Positions 19,779 to 29,052 of a stretch of 64,000 nt of DNA are shown piece after piece. The DNA is taken from contig JAPLYN010000005.1 in assembly GCA_026395515.1 (NCBI GenBank), forward strand, positions 431,938 through 495,937. The letters are read 5' to 3'. The stretch is from Candidatus Peregrinibacteria bacterium. Its GTDB lineage: Bacteria; Patescibacteriota; Gracilibacteria; UBA1369; LOWO2-01-FULL-3. Under the pieces are notes generated by a model. It was not told the origin of the DNA and searched no databases. It saw only the letters and a program-made list of their open reading frames with translations. Every line of letters starts with the position of its first letter. Positions within the stretch are counted from its first letter, which is position 1. The translations under genes and the position numbers were made by a program.

Positions 19779-19970
19779 CTATTTTGCTTTACAGAAAGTC
19801 TTTAAACCACGAGCTGAAAGTCTCAACTGTACCTTTTTGCCTGTTCTCGGATCGATGAGAGTTCTCTTCATCATGTTTGGCAAATACTTACGGTTTGAAG
19901 CATTCATAGCATGGCTACGAGTGTTACCTGTACCTGTTTTTCTACCTGAAATTTCGCAGATTCTTGACAT
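19779..19970 (-). CDS. rpmB: 50S ribosomal protein bL28
   Basis: MSRICEISGRKTGTGNTRSHAMN...PN...LSARGLKT. Confidence 0.95.
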   Translation of the reverse strand: MSRICEISGRKTGTGNTRSHAMNASNRKYLPNMMKRTLIDPRTGKKVQLRLSARGLKTFCKAK

Positions 19971-20083
19971 AAATTTCTTTAAAAAAGCAGTGGCATTCTA
20001 ACAACTTTATATCAAATAGCAACTGAATTTTGGGTATTTTAAGGAAATATGTTAATTTTAGAACATAAAATAAACTTTGAATC

Positions 20084-21448
20084 ATGAAAAATATACGTCT
20101 AGAAGAAGATTCCATGGGTAAGGTAGAAGTTCCTGCCGAAGCCTATTCCGGCGGCCAAACCGCCCGTGCTCAACACAACTTTCAGATCAGCGGACACATT
20201 GCACCAGCAATTTTCAGACAAGCCTTGGGAATGGTAAAGCTCGCTGCAGCACAAACAAACACTTCTCTCGGGCTCATAGACAAAAAACATTCCAAAGCAA
20301 TTATTCAAGCCTGTGAAGAGTTTATTGCTGGTAAATTCGATGCTGACTTCATTTTAGACGTATTTCAAGCCGGCGCCGGTACTAGCTACAATATGAATGC
20401 CAACGAAATCATTGCCAATCGCGCTAATGAAATTCTCGGAGGTAAAAAAGGCGAATATAAGTTTGTTCATCCAAACAATCACGTCAATATGGCTCAATCC
20501 ACTAATGACGTAATTCCTACAGCCACTAGAATTGCCACACTCCTTTCAATTCCTGGACTTCTCCAATCTCTAAACAATTGCGAAGAAACTTTCGAAAAAA
20601 TCGCTAAAAAACACGCAAAATTGATAAAAGTAGGACGCACACACCTAGAAGACGCTGTACCAATCACTCTAGGCCAAGAATTTGACTCCTACAAAGAGGC
20701 TCTACACAAAGCCGGTGAATTCATCGCAAATCAAAGCGGAGACCTCCAAACGCTCGGAATTGGCGGTACAGCAGTAGGTACAGGTATCAATACTCACGCA
20801 AAATATCGCGAAACAATGGTGAAGAATCTTACTAAACTCATTGGTCTTCATTTTGAATCAGGCAAAAATCTCACAGAAATGGCCAACAATATGAATGGCT
20901 TTTTAAATTTTTCTGCAACACTAAGATCATTAGCTGTAAACACTCTAAACATCTGCAGCGATCTCAAACTAATGAATATGGGTCCAAAGGCCGGAATTGC
21001 CGAAATCACTCTTCCAGGAGTACAACCGGGTTCATCCATCATGCCGGGAAAAGTAAATCCTTCCATTCCAGAATGTCTCGAAATGATTTGTATGCAAGTT
21101 CTCGGCAACGACAAAACTATTGAGATTGCCTGCCAGAAAAGCAATTTCGAACTCAATGTCTTCTGCCCTATCATTATGTGGAATCTTCTTCAATCCATGG
21201 AAATTCTCAGCAACGGATTAAAGATGCTCAATGAATTCGCACTGAAAGATCTTCAAATCAACGAAAAACAAATCAAGAAACTTTTTGAAGAAAGTCTCTG
21301 CACTGCCACTTCCCTCTCTCCAAAACTCGGCTACGCATTAACAGCAGAGATAGTAAAAGAAGCATTGAAAAAAGGTACTACCATACGAGATGAAGTACTT
21401 TCCAGAAAACTCTTGAGCAGCAAAGAAGTAGATGAATTAATTGGCTAA
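20084..21448 (+). CDS. aspA: Aspartate ammonia-lyase (aspartase/fumarase class II superfamily)
   Basis: GSSIMPGKVNP signature. QSTND and DAVP favour AspA over FumC (QSSND, DATP). Confidence 0.75.
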   Translation: MKNIRLEEDSMGKVEVPAEAYSGGQTARAQHNFQISGHIAPAIFRQALGMVKLAAAQTNTSLGLIDKKHSKAIIQACEEFIAGKFDADFILDVFQAGAGTSYNMNANEIIANRANEILGGKKGEYKFVHPNNHVNMAQSTNDVIPTATRIATLLSIPGLLQSLNNCEETFEKIAKKHAKLIKVGRTHLEDAVPITLGQEFDSYKEALHKAGEFIANQSGDLQTLGIGGTAVGTGINTHAKYRETMVKNLTKLIGLHFESGKNLTEMANNMNGFLNFSATLRSLAVNTLNICSDLKLMNMGPKAGIAEITLPGVQPGSSIMPGKVNPSIPECLEMICMQVLGNDKTIEIACQKSNFELNVFCPIIMWNLLQSMEILSNGLKMLNEFALKDLQINEKQIKKLFEESLCTATSLSPKLGYALTAEIVKEALKKGTTIRDEVLSRKLLSSKEVDELIG

Positions 21449-22038
21449 AGCAAAACCATATTCTTGATCATATTTTCAAACACATCCTTTTCTAAAAGGT
21501 AATATTTGCTAGGCAACTTCATATAAACATCGTAAATGATGCTTTTATCTTTGCTCATAGCAAAAAAGTGTATGGTCGCATCTATATAAATTCCATCATT
21601 CACATAAAAACCACTGATTGTCCCATAATCAGCGAACTGAAAAGTATAACCTTTATATTTTCTAGAAATAAAATCATTTAAATCCTTATAATCTTCGATA
21701 TTTTCAAAAGGCGTAATATAAATTTGAACCATATAATTCTCATATGGATCCTTCTTATTCGGATTCTTAGGAGGAACTGTATATTTCTCAAAAACCACAC
21801 CAACATCATCACTTAAATATTTTACTTTGTATCCTTTCGGAAAAGCTCGAAGACCAAAATTATATTTTTTACTTTCATAAACAAAATCAGATTTCGTCTG
21901 AGTATCAGTTTTTTGCTGCAAAGAAGTAGTAGCCGCAATATTACTAGTCGCCAAAGTATCAACTTTTACCGGTTTCACTTCCGGTCCACAACCGACAATA
22001 AAAAGTGCTAAGAGAGGAATAAGAGAAAACTTTTTCAT
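21445..22038 (-). CDS. Hypothetical lipoprotein
   Basis: MKK plus hydrophobic stretch plus IVGC lipobox. Confidence 0.75.
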   Translation of the reverse strand: MKKFSLIPLLALFIVGCGPEVKPVKVDTLATSNIAATTSLQQKTDTQTKSDFVYESKKYNFGLRAFPKGYKVKYLSDDVGVVFEKYTVPPKNPNKKDPYENYMVQIYITPFENIEDYKDLNDFISRKYKGYTFQFADYGTISGFYVNDGIYIDATIHFFAMSKDKSIIYDVYMKLPSKYYLLEKDVFENMIKNMVLL

Positions 22039-22135
22039 GAGAAAACTTTAATCAAAAAACAGCTTTAATGCAAACTTCTCTACAATAAGCCATTCTCTCA
22101 CTTGCCAATTCTTTAAATTATTGTAAATTGATCTC

Positions 22136-22768
22136 ATGCGTATTTCAGAAATTTTTTATAGCATTCAAGGCGAAGGGACAAACATCGGTACACCAGCCAT
22201 TTTTATCAGGCTTGCTGGTTGTCATTTACGTTGTGTTTGGTGCGATAGCAAATTCACTTGGGATATGAAATCAGGAAAAGAAATGAGTACAGCTTCAATC
22301 ATCAAAATTATCAAAAAATATCCCTGCAAACATTTAGTTATTACAGGAGGAGAGCCATTAATTCAACAATCTGGAATTAAAGAATTATTATCAAAACTAC
22401 CAGATTATTACGTGGAAATTGAAACCAGTGGCACTATCGTTTCTTTCATCAACGAATTCATCAACCAGTACAATTGCTCACCTAAATTAAAAAATTCCAA
22501 GAATAGACCAATGGCATTGCAAAAATTTCCCGCAGAAAAAAGTTGGTACAAATTTGTGGTAGATAAAAAATCTGACGTAAAAGAAATTAAAGAAATGATA
22601 AAAAAATATTCTCTACCAAAAGAAAAAATAATTCTCATGCCCCAAGGAATTACTCGAGAAGAAATGACTAAAAAATCGCCATGGATAGCGGAAATTTGCA
22701 AGAAAGAAAACTGGCATTTTTCTACCCGTCTTCATATAGAAATATGGGGAAATAAGAGAGGAGTATAA
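22136..22768 (+). CDS. queE: 7-carboxy-7-deazaguanine synthase (radical SAM)
   Basis: EIFYSIQGEG, CHLRCVWCD, ITGGEP and IETSG motifs. Confidence 0.92.
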   Translation: MRISEIFYSIQGEGTNIGTPAIFIRLAGCHLRCVWCDSKFTWDMKSGKEMSTASIIKIIKKYPCKHLVITGGEPLIQQSGIKELLSKLPDYYVEIETSGTIVSFINEFINQYNCSPKLKNSKNRPMALQKFPAEKSWYKFVVDKKSDVKEIKEMIKKYSLPKEKIILMPQGITREEMTKKSPWIAEICKKENWHFSTRLHIEIWGNKRGV

Positions 22769-22810
22769 CAGGCACCGAAGGTGCCAAATATAAAATAAGA
22801 AAATCCAACA

Positions 22811-23476
22811 GTGAAAATAACTAAATCAACCTCAGCCATCATCCTTCTCTCTGGAGGACAAGACTCCACCACCTGCCTCGCTTGGGCAAAGACAAAATTC
22901 GACAAAGTATATGCCCTCACTTTGCACTACGGACAGCTCCACAAAATAGAATTAGAATCAGCAAAAAAAATTGCCAAATTAAACAAAGTTCCTCTTAAAA
23001 TCTATAAAACAGATCTTTTCAAAGAATTCACAAAAAGCGCTTTAACCAACAAAGAGATAGCCATCAAAGTTCACAAAAATAAACTTCCAAGCACTTTCGT
23101 TCCAGGAAGAAACTTAATTTTCCTTTCCATCGCTGCCATCTATGCAAAACAACTTGGCGTCACAAATATCATCACCGGTGTCTGCCAAACAGATTACAGC
23201 GGCTATCCAGATTGTCGTGATGATTTCGTAAAATCTTTAGAGACAACTATCAGTCTCGCCATGGAAACTCCTTTCAAAATTCACACTCCACTCATGTGGC
23301 TTACCAAGGCTGAGACAGTGAAATTAATGCAGCAGTTAGGCAAAATTGAGCTTCTCAAACACAGCCACACCTGCTATAAAGGAAGCCGACCAGCCTGCGG
23401 CAAATGCCCAGCCTGCCTACTCCGACTCAAAGGTTTCAAAGAAGCCGGAATAAAAGATCCAATACCATACAAATAA
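22811..23476 (+). CDS. queC: 7-cyano-7-deazaguanine synthase
   Basis: SGGQDST, VPGRN, YPDCR and CY...CGKCPAC motifs; GTG start. Confidence 0.95.
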   Translation: MKITKSTSAIILLSGGQDSTTCLAWAKTKFDKVYALTLHYGQLHKIELESAKKIAKLNKVPLKIYKTDLFKEFTKSALTNKEIAIKVHKNKLPSTFVPGRNLIFLSIAAIYAKQLGVTNIITGVCQTDYSGYPDCRDDFVKSLETTISLAMETPFKIHTPLMWLTKAETVKLMQQLGKIELLKHSHTCYKGSRPACGKCPACLLRLKGFKEAGIKDPIPYK

Positions 23477-23895
23477 TGACAAAACTTTACAAAGAAAATC
23501 AGGACTATAAAGAACAAGATGCCAAGAAAATTCGTGAATCAATCAAAAAAATCGCGCCTTTAGAGACTTTTGCCTTCCAATCTCAAGGACCAGGCGAACA
23601 CTGGATTAGCATCAGCAGCCCAGAATTCACCGCTATCTGCCCTTTTTCTGATTGGCCAGATTTTGGTTCTGTAACTATTGAATATATTCCTAGCAAATAC
23701 TGCCTAGAACTCAAATCTTTCAAACTCTACATTAACGCCTTCAGAAGCGTGAAAATCTTTCACGAGACTGTCACTGAAGTCATTTTTCAAGACTTTCTTG
23801 AAGCCGTTAAACCGTTAAAGGCTAAAATTGTTGTAGATATGAACGTTCGCGGTAATGTAAAAACGATCTGTAAAAAGTTCTACAAGTGCAATTAA
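23476..23895 (+). CDS. queF: preQ0 reductase QueF (unimodular type)
   Basis: EFTAICPFSDWPDFG (catalytic Cys/Asp), ELKSFKLY QueF motif, FHE. Start revised to the TAATG overlap with queC. Confidence 0.9.
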   Translation: MTKLYKENQDYKEQDAKKIRESIKKIAPLETFAFQSQGPGEHWISISSPEFTAICPFSDWPDFGSVTIEYIPSKYCLELKSFKLYINAFRSVKIFHETVTEVIFQDFLEAVKPLKAKIVVDMNVRGNVKTICKKFYKCN

Positions 23896-23906
23896 TCGCT
23901 CTTTCA

Positions 23907-23935
23907 TTGACGAAAAGTGATAAAACCCCTAGAAT
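23907..23935 (+). promoter_or_regulatory. Near-consensus sigma70 promoter for the 51-aa ORF
   Basis: TTGACG-17-TAGAAT. Confidence 0.7.
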
Positions 23936-23964
23936 ACCGGCCGATTTAGAAATAATTTACCACT

Positions 23965-24120
23965 ATGACAAACGCACACGCGAGTAAACAGCACTGTCTT
24001 ATCGGCAGACCGTTTCCTCACAGCAAAATGAGAAAGCGCCGCAATAAGGCAAAAGCTAAAGTAAGAAAAGCTGAACAATTAGCTACAAGAATGGCTGCAA
24101 GAGAAGCTGCTATGGCTTAG
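23965..24120 (+). CDS. 51-aa basic protein MTNAHASKQHCLIGRPFPHSKMRKRRNKAKAKVRKAEQLATRMAAREAAMA (not in ORF track)
   Basis: Translated by hand; fills the queF-folC gap; strong promoter directly upstream. Confidence 0.7.
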   Translation: MTNAHASKQHCLIGRPFPHSKMRKRRNKAKAKVRKAEQLATRMAAREAAMA

Positions 24121-24121
24121 T

Positions 24122-25351
24122 CTAAAGCTTTTTCTTAAGTAGTTTTCCAACTAAAAAATGTGAACCGGTTACCACAAGTAACTGGTTCTTTTTTGTCAGA
24201 ATATCAAAAGCCTTCATACAATCACCTATTACCTCAAGTTCACACTTCGCTCCAACCTTCTCTGCAATGGACTTCAATTCTTCAGGTTGAATCCCGCGCA
24301 CTTCATGGGCTGAGGTAAAAACAATTTTCTCCGCAATCGAAGATATCTTTTTCAAAATCGCCTCAACATTCTTTCCCTTCATCAACGCGAATAAAAATAC
24401 GAAATTTTTCTTTGGAAATTTTTCTTTCAAACCATTTACCAAATTATCTATACTATTTTCAGTATGAGCCATATCGAAAACAACAGTTCCCTTAGAGCTT
24501 TTTCTCGCATCAAACCTTCCAGGTAATTTCACTCCATCAGCAATTTTTAGAAATTTCTTCTCTGCCGGAAATTTCTTCGAAAATAATTTCAAAGCAGCAA
24601 AAGCGACGTGAGCATTTTTAAAACGCGCTTCATCAGAAAAATCTTTTCCAGAAAATTTCACTTCAAAATCATTCACAGAATAAACATCTTTTCTTCCTTT
24701 CAACTTCTTTCCAATGATCTTCATTGTTGCCTTACTTTGATATCCAATTAGAACCGGCACTCCATCTTTCACAATTCCCAATTTTTCATTCAAAATTTTC
24801 TCAATCGTATCTCCCAAAACATCAGTGTGTTCCAACTCCACAGTAGTTAAAATACTTAAAATAGGCTTAACCACATTTGTCGCATCCAGACGCCCACCAA
24901 GCCCCACTTCAAACACAGCATAATCCACTTTTTCATCCACAAAATATTTCAAGGCCAAGACCGTCAAAATTTCAAAATATGTAAGCTTAGGACACTCAGT
25001 TTTTTCTATAAACTTTTTTAAACCTTCCACCATCTTCGCAAATTTCACTTTTTCAATATCCTTCCCATTCATCCAAATTCTTTCCGTCACCTCAAAAATA
25101 TGCGGCGAAGTATAAAGTCCCACCTTGTATCCATCTTTCCATAAATAGTTAGCAATAAAAGCACAAGTCGTGCCTTTTCCCTTAGATCCAGCCACATGTA
25201 TGCACTTCAGATTTTCATATTCCACTCCATATAAATGCAAAAAATCCTTCACTTTTTGTAAATCAAAAGTTTTATCACTATATGGAATTTTCGCTACACC
25301 TTCGTAAGAAACGAATGATTGTAAAAACTCTTTGGCTTTTTCAAAATTCAT
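24122..25351 (-). CDS. folC: Folylpolyglutamate synthase/dihydrofolate synthase
   Basis: IHVAGSKGKGTT, YTSPH, EVGLGGRLDATN, DMAH and TGSHFLVG motifs. Start revised to MNFEKA to avoid overlap with the divergent gene. Confidence 0.92.
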   Translation of the reverse strand: MNFEKAKEFLQSFVSYEGVAKIPYSDKTFDLQKVKDFLHLYGVEYENLKCIHVAGSKGKGTTCAFIANYLWKDGYKVGLYTSPHIFEVTERIWMNGKDIEKVKFAKMVEGLKKFIEKTECPKLTYFEILTVLALKYFVDEKVDYAVFEVGLGGRLDATNVVKPILSILTTVELEHTDVLGDTIEKILNEKLGIVKDGVPVLIGYQSKATMKIIGKKLKGRKDVYSVNDFEVKFSGKDFSDEARFKNAHVAFAALKLFSKKFPAEKKFLKIADGVKLPGRFDARKSSKGTVVFDMAHTENSIDNLVNGLKEKFPKKNFVFLFALMKGKNVEAILKKISSIAEKIVFTSAHEVRGIQPEELKSIAEKVGAKCELEVIGDCMKAFDILTKKNQLLVVTGSHFLVGKLLKKKL

Positions 25352-25390
25352 AGCTTCTGATATAACATACCATGCACATATATAGCAAAA

Positions 25391-26278
25391 ATGTTCGGAA
25401 AAAAAAGACGCATACCTACATACAATCTCAAACCAAGACCGGTTACACGTGTACGAGTACAAGGCTCTGTAATAAGCAATACACGAAGCAGGCATTTTGA
25501 AATGTCTAAAAGACGCAACACTTCAATCTTCGGAAAACTAAAAAAAATAATAACATTAATTGTAGCCGTTGGATTCATATCTTTCTGCGTTTACGCCTTC
25601 TTTTTCTCTAGCTTATTCAATGTAAAAGAGATCGCCGTCAGTAACAAAAACTTCGAGAACCAAGCCATTTCCGACCAAATTCAAGAAAATCTAAAAGCCA
25701 ATATTGGCCGCAACATTTTCATGGTTAATACTGTCGAATTAGAAAGCAAAGTTCTAAATGTTTTTCCTGAACTAGAAAGAATAAAAATTTCCAAAAGTTT
25801 TCCTCACGGTCTCACTATCGAATTTTCCGAATTCCCTCTTGTTGCAAATGTAGTAAATGAAAGCAATGTCGTTAAAAAAAGTTACATTATCAATTCAATT
25901 GGATTCTCTATTAAAGAAAACTTAGAAGACCCAAAACTTCCCTATATCAAGATCAAAACAGACGAACCTATCAATCCAAAAGAAGCCGTAATCGAAAGAA
26001 ATAAACTCAATTATATTCTAGATGCAAAAAATTATTTCGAAGATAAATTTGGCATGAAAATTATTGCCAGCCAGTATAAACCAATTGCTCGTGAAGTTCG
26101 TTTTTATACAGAAAAAGGTTTTTACATCTGGCTCGATATCCAAAAACCTTTCGAAGAACAATTCAAAAAACTTAAAAAAGCCATAGTTAAATTAGACATC
26201 TACAAAGAAAATCTCGAATATATTGATCTTAGGATTGCCGGAAGCAGCGGTGATAAGATAATATACAAGAGACGTTAA
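25391..26278 (+). CDS. ftsQ: Cell division protein FtsQ/DivIB-like (POTRA)
   Basis: Basic N-tail, single TM segment, FNVKEIAV...NIF...FP POTRA pattern, C-terminal YIDLR. Confidence 0.75.
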   Translation: MFGKKRRIPTYNLKPRPVTRVRVQGSVISNTRSRHFEMSKRRNTSIFGKLKKIITLIVAVGFISFCVYAFFFSSLFNVKEIAVSNKNFENQAISDQIQENLKANIGRNIFMVNTVELESKVLNVFPELERIKISKSFPHGLTIEFSEFPLVANVVNESNVVKKSYIINSIGFSIKENLEDPKLPYIKIKTDEPINPKEAVIERNKLNYILDAKNYFEDKFGMKIIASQYKPIAREVRFYTEKGFYIWLDIQKPFEEQFKKLKKAIVKLDIYKENLEYIDLRIAGSSGDKIIYKRR

Positions 26279-26288
26279 CCACATCCCC

Positions 26289-26639
26289 ATGCTCTGGGCA
26301 TTAATAGGAATTTTATTAGGAATTATCTTCGGTCTTCTTTCTCATTTCACAATTCCTGTAGAATTCATCAAATACACTGCAGTAATAATTATTGGAATTT
26401 TAGATTCACTTTTTGGTGGTATCAAAGGCGAGCTCACCAAAGAAGATTATGATCCAGTTATCTTTATTACAGGTCTATTTTTCAATATTATCCTTGCTTT
26501 AGGTATTACTCTTCTCGGTGAAAAACTAGGTCTCGACCTATACTTAGCTGTTACCGTTGTTTTCATTTTCAGAATCTTCTCCAATCTTGCTATTTCCCGT
26601 CGTTCTTTATTGGAAATACTCAAGAAAAGAAAAAAATAA
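26289..26639 (+). CDS. Small basic membrane protein Sbp (DUF1290)
   Basis: LDSLFGGIK, FITGLFFN, LGLDLYLAV and RIFSNLA motifs; position after ftsQ. Confidence 0.8.
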   Translation: MLWALIGILLGIIFGLLSHFTIPVEFIKYTAVIIIGILDSLFGGIKGELTKEDYDPVIFITGLFFNIILALGITLLGEKLGLDLYLAVTVVFIFRIFSNLAISRRSLLEILKKRKK

Positions 26640-26719
26640 AACTGTCAATATTCCCTTTTTGCTGAAAAGCCATTTTTCTGGTATAATTCAGTAGTAATAA
26701 AAATATAAACAAAAAATAA

Positions 26720-27286
26720 ATGTCCCAAGCTTCCAAACTCGCTCTTATTAAAGAAATGATCGAATCTGCCGAATCTAATTTACGTTCTGTAAAACAGATC
26801 TTAACTGAGATGTTGGGCACGACTAGCAAAAGTGTTTACACTAAACTAGCTCAAGAACTTTCAGCCAATCATATTGAAGAAGATGATGGTGAGACTAAAG
26901 TTGTTGAAGGTGTCTTCAACGGCGAAACAATGATGTCTAAAGACAAAAAAGAATATCCAGTACCTGCAAACTACGCTAGTAAATCAAAACTTGTACCTGG
27001 AGATGTTCTCAAACTTACAATTAAAGAAGATGGTTCATTCTTATACAAACAAATTGGACCAACAGAAAGAAAACGCGTAATTGGTACTTTGACCTACGAA
27101 GACGGCCAATATAAAGTAATTGCTGCTGCAAAAGCCTACAAGGTTCTTTTGGCTTCTGTAACATACTTTAAGGCTGAAGTTGGCGATAAAATCACTTTGG
27201 TAATCCCATCTATCGAAGACAGCGAATGGGGTTCAATTGAAAATGTCTTACCAAAAGACGCAGAAGAATTATCTATAGATGAATAG
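26720..27286 (+). CDS. Conserved hypothetical protein
   Basis: 188-aa ORF with ordered-looking core VEGVFNGE...YPVPANYASKSKLVPGDVLKLTI...YKQIGP. Confidence 0.8.
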   Translation: MSQASKLALIKEMIESAESNLRSVKQILTEMLGTTSKSVYTKLAQELSANHIEEDDGETKVVEGVFNGETMMSKDKKEYPVPANYASKSKLVPGDVLKLTIKEDGSFLYKQIGPTERKRVIGTLTYEDGQYKVIAAAKAYKVLLASVTYFKAEVGDKITLVIPSIEDSEWGSIENVLPKDAEELSIDE

Positions 27287-27309
27287 TAGTTTATATAAAC
27301 AATAAAAAT

Positions 27310-27882
27310 ATGGAAAATACTCCAATGAATCCTCTCAATACTGGCAATGGCGCTCCTTCAACGAGTCCAGTGGCCCCTGTTGCACCTCAAAATGTACCAG
27401 CTGCTCCTACTCCCACTGTACCAACACCAATCATGCCAACGCCTGTTTCAGCTACTCCAGCACCACAAGCTCCAGCATCTCAAGCAGCAATGATTGAGAA
27501 AATAATGATTTACAAAAAATATATCATCGCCGGAGTTGCAGTAGTTGCTCTTTTAGTCACAATTTACACAGCATATTCATATTTTACTGGAATTAGCAGT
27601 GCAGTGAATGATGTACAGACTGGCGCAATTGATCTAAATAATAAATTATCTGCACCTTCAACAACTACAGACACTACATCTGATAAAACAAAACTAAACA
27701 ACGTTGTTAATGAATTAAAAGATCAATATAAGACTGATAATTCAGCAACAACTCCAACGACTGACACTAAGACTAGCACTCCTCCAGGAATGAACATCGA
27801 AATTACTCCTCCAACAGATACAACTACACCAACCGACACCACTCCAGCTACAACTACTGACACAAGCGGAGTAAAGAGATAA
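27310..27882 (+). CDS. Pro/Thr-rich single-pass membrane protein
   Basis: Pro-rich N-terminus, one TM segment, TTPTDT-type low-complexity C-terminus. Confidence 0.75.
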   Translation: MENTPMNPLNTGNGAPSTSPVAPVAPQNVPAAPTPTVPTPIMPTPVSATPAPQAPASQAAMIEKIMIYKKYIIAGVAVVALLVTIYTAYSYFTGISSAVNDVQTGAIDLNNKLSAPSTTTDTTSDKTKLNNVVNELKDQYKTDNSATTPTTDTKTSTPPGMNIEITPPTDTTTPTDTTPATTTDTSGVKR

Positions 27883-27894
27883 AAAAATCATCTG

Positions 27895-27923
27895 AAAGCG
27901 CCCTCATCCGAGAGCGCTTTTTT
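27895..27923 (+). terminator. Intrinsic terminator
   Basis: aaagcgc-cctcatccgag-agcgcttt followed by a T-run. Confidence 0.75.
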
Positions 27924-27936
27924 CTTGCCCGAGGTC

Positions 27937-27965
27937 TTGTTTAGAAACTAAAAATATGATATAAT
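27937..27965 (+). promoter_or_regulatory. Promoter of the pilT-pilin operon
   Basis: TTGTTT-17-TATAAT with a TG extension. Confidence 0.65.
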
Positions 27966-27990
27966 ATCTAGAAAACAAAAAACAAAACCT

Positions 27991-29034
27991 ATGTTTAAAT
28001 TAGAAAAAATATTTCGTACCGCAGTTCAATATCATGCTTCTGATATTTTTATTTCAACAGGCGTTAAACCAGCTTTGCGTATTAACGGCGACATTATAAA
28101 AATTGAAGATCACCCGCCTCTTACAAAAAAGATGGCAGAAGAATATCTTTTAGAAATTCTCTCGCCAGAACAAAAAAAGAAATTCGAACAAAGTCTCGAT
28201 ATGGATTTCTCGCTTGATATAGAGACAATCGCCCGCTTCAGAGTGAACATGTTCGTACAGAGAAAAGGTATCTCTGCAGCTTTCCGTCTCATTCCAGAAA
28301 AAGTAATGACTATGGATGAACTCGGATTACCTATTCAAATGAAACGCGCAACATCTTTCAAAAACGGTCTCGTAATTGTTACAGGTCCTACAGGTTCTGG
28401 AAAAACCAGCACCTTAGCTTCAATGATTAATGAAATCAATCGCAATCAAAAAAAACATATTATTACAATTGAAGATCCTATTGAGTTCGTTCACCAGGAT
28501 AATCAATCAATTATCGAACAACGTGAAGTTGGTACACATACTCACACTTTCCAAAAAGCTCTACGCGCCTCTGTACGTGAAAACCCAGATGTAATCATGG
28601 TCGGAGAAATGCGTGATTTGGAAACTATTCAGATGGCAATTACCGCAGCTGAAACAGGACATTTGGTATTCGCTACTTTGCATACAATGGGTTGTGCAGA
28701 TTCTATTAACCGTATTATCGATTCCTTCCCTTCAAACCAGCAAAATCAGGTTCGTTCTCAGTTAGCTGAGAGCTTGAAAGCAGTTTTCTGGCAAACTTTG
28801 ATTAAAACAAAAGATGAGAAAGGTCGTGTGGCAGGTCTAGAAATGATGTTCTGCAATAATGCGATCGCCAATATGATTCGTAAAGGAACTACTCATCAAA
28901 TTAATTCAGTTATTGAAACCTCTACAAAAGAAGGCATGCAAACTATGAAAAAATCTCTTACTGATTTATTGCAGGCAGGGCTTATTACAGAGGAAAATGC
29001 TCTATTAAACATGCCGAAAGAATTCGAAGGTTAA
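27991..29034 (+). CDS. pilT: Type IV pilus retraction ATPase PilT
   Basis: ASDIFI, RFRVN, GPTGSGKT, TIEDPIE, GEMRD, AETGHLVFATLH, AIANMIR and GMQT motifs. Confidence 0.92.
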   Translation: MFKLEKIFRTAVQYHASDIFISTGVKPALRINGDIIKIEDHPPLTKKMAEEYLLEILSPEQKKKFEQSLDMDFSLDIETIARFRVNMFVQRKGISAAFRLIPEKVMTMDELGLPIQMKRATSFKNGLVIVTGPTGSGKTSTLASMINEINRNQKKHIITIEDPIEFVHQDNQSIIEQREVGTHTHTFQKALRASVRENPDVIMVGEMRDLETIQMAITAAETGHLVFATLHTMGCADSINRIIDSFPSNQQNQVRSQLAESLKAVFWQTLIKTKDEKGRVAGLEMMFCNNAIANMIRKGTTHQINSVIETSTKEGMQTMKKSLTDLLQAGLITEENALLNMPKEFEG

Positions 29035-29052
29035 TAGCTCTTTAAAAACGAT

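Noticed and set aside
22081-22135. preQ1 riboswitch upstream of queE
   Set aside because: The promoter sits 6 nt from the ATG, leaving no leader, and no aptamer motif is present.
27660-27865. Tandem DNA repeats in the Thr/Pro-rich gene
   Set aside because: Repetition is at the amino-acid level (TTPTDT) with varied codons; this is ordinary low-complexity linker sequence.
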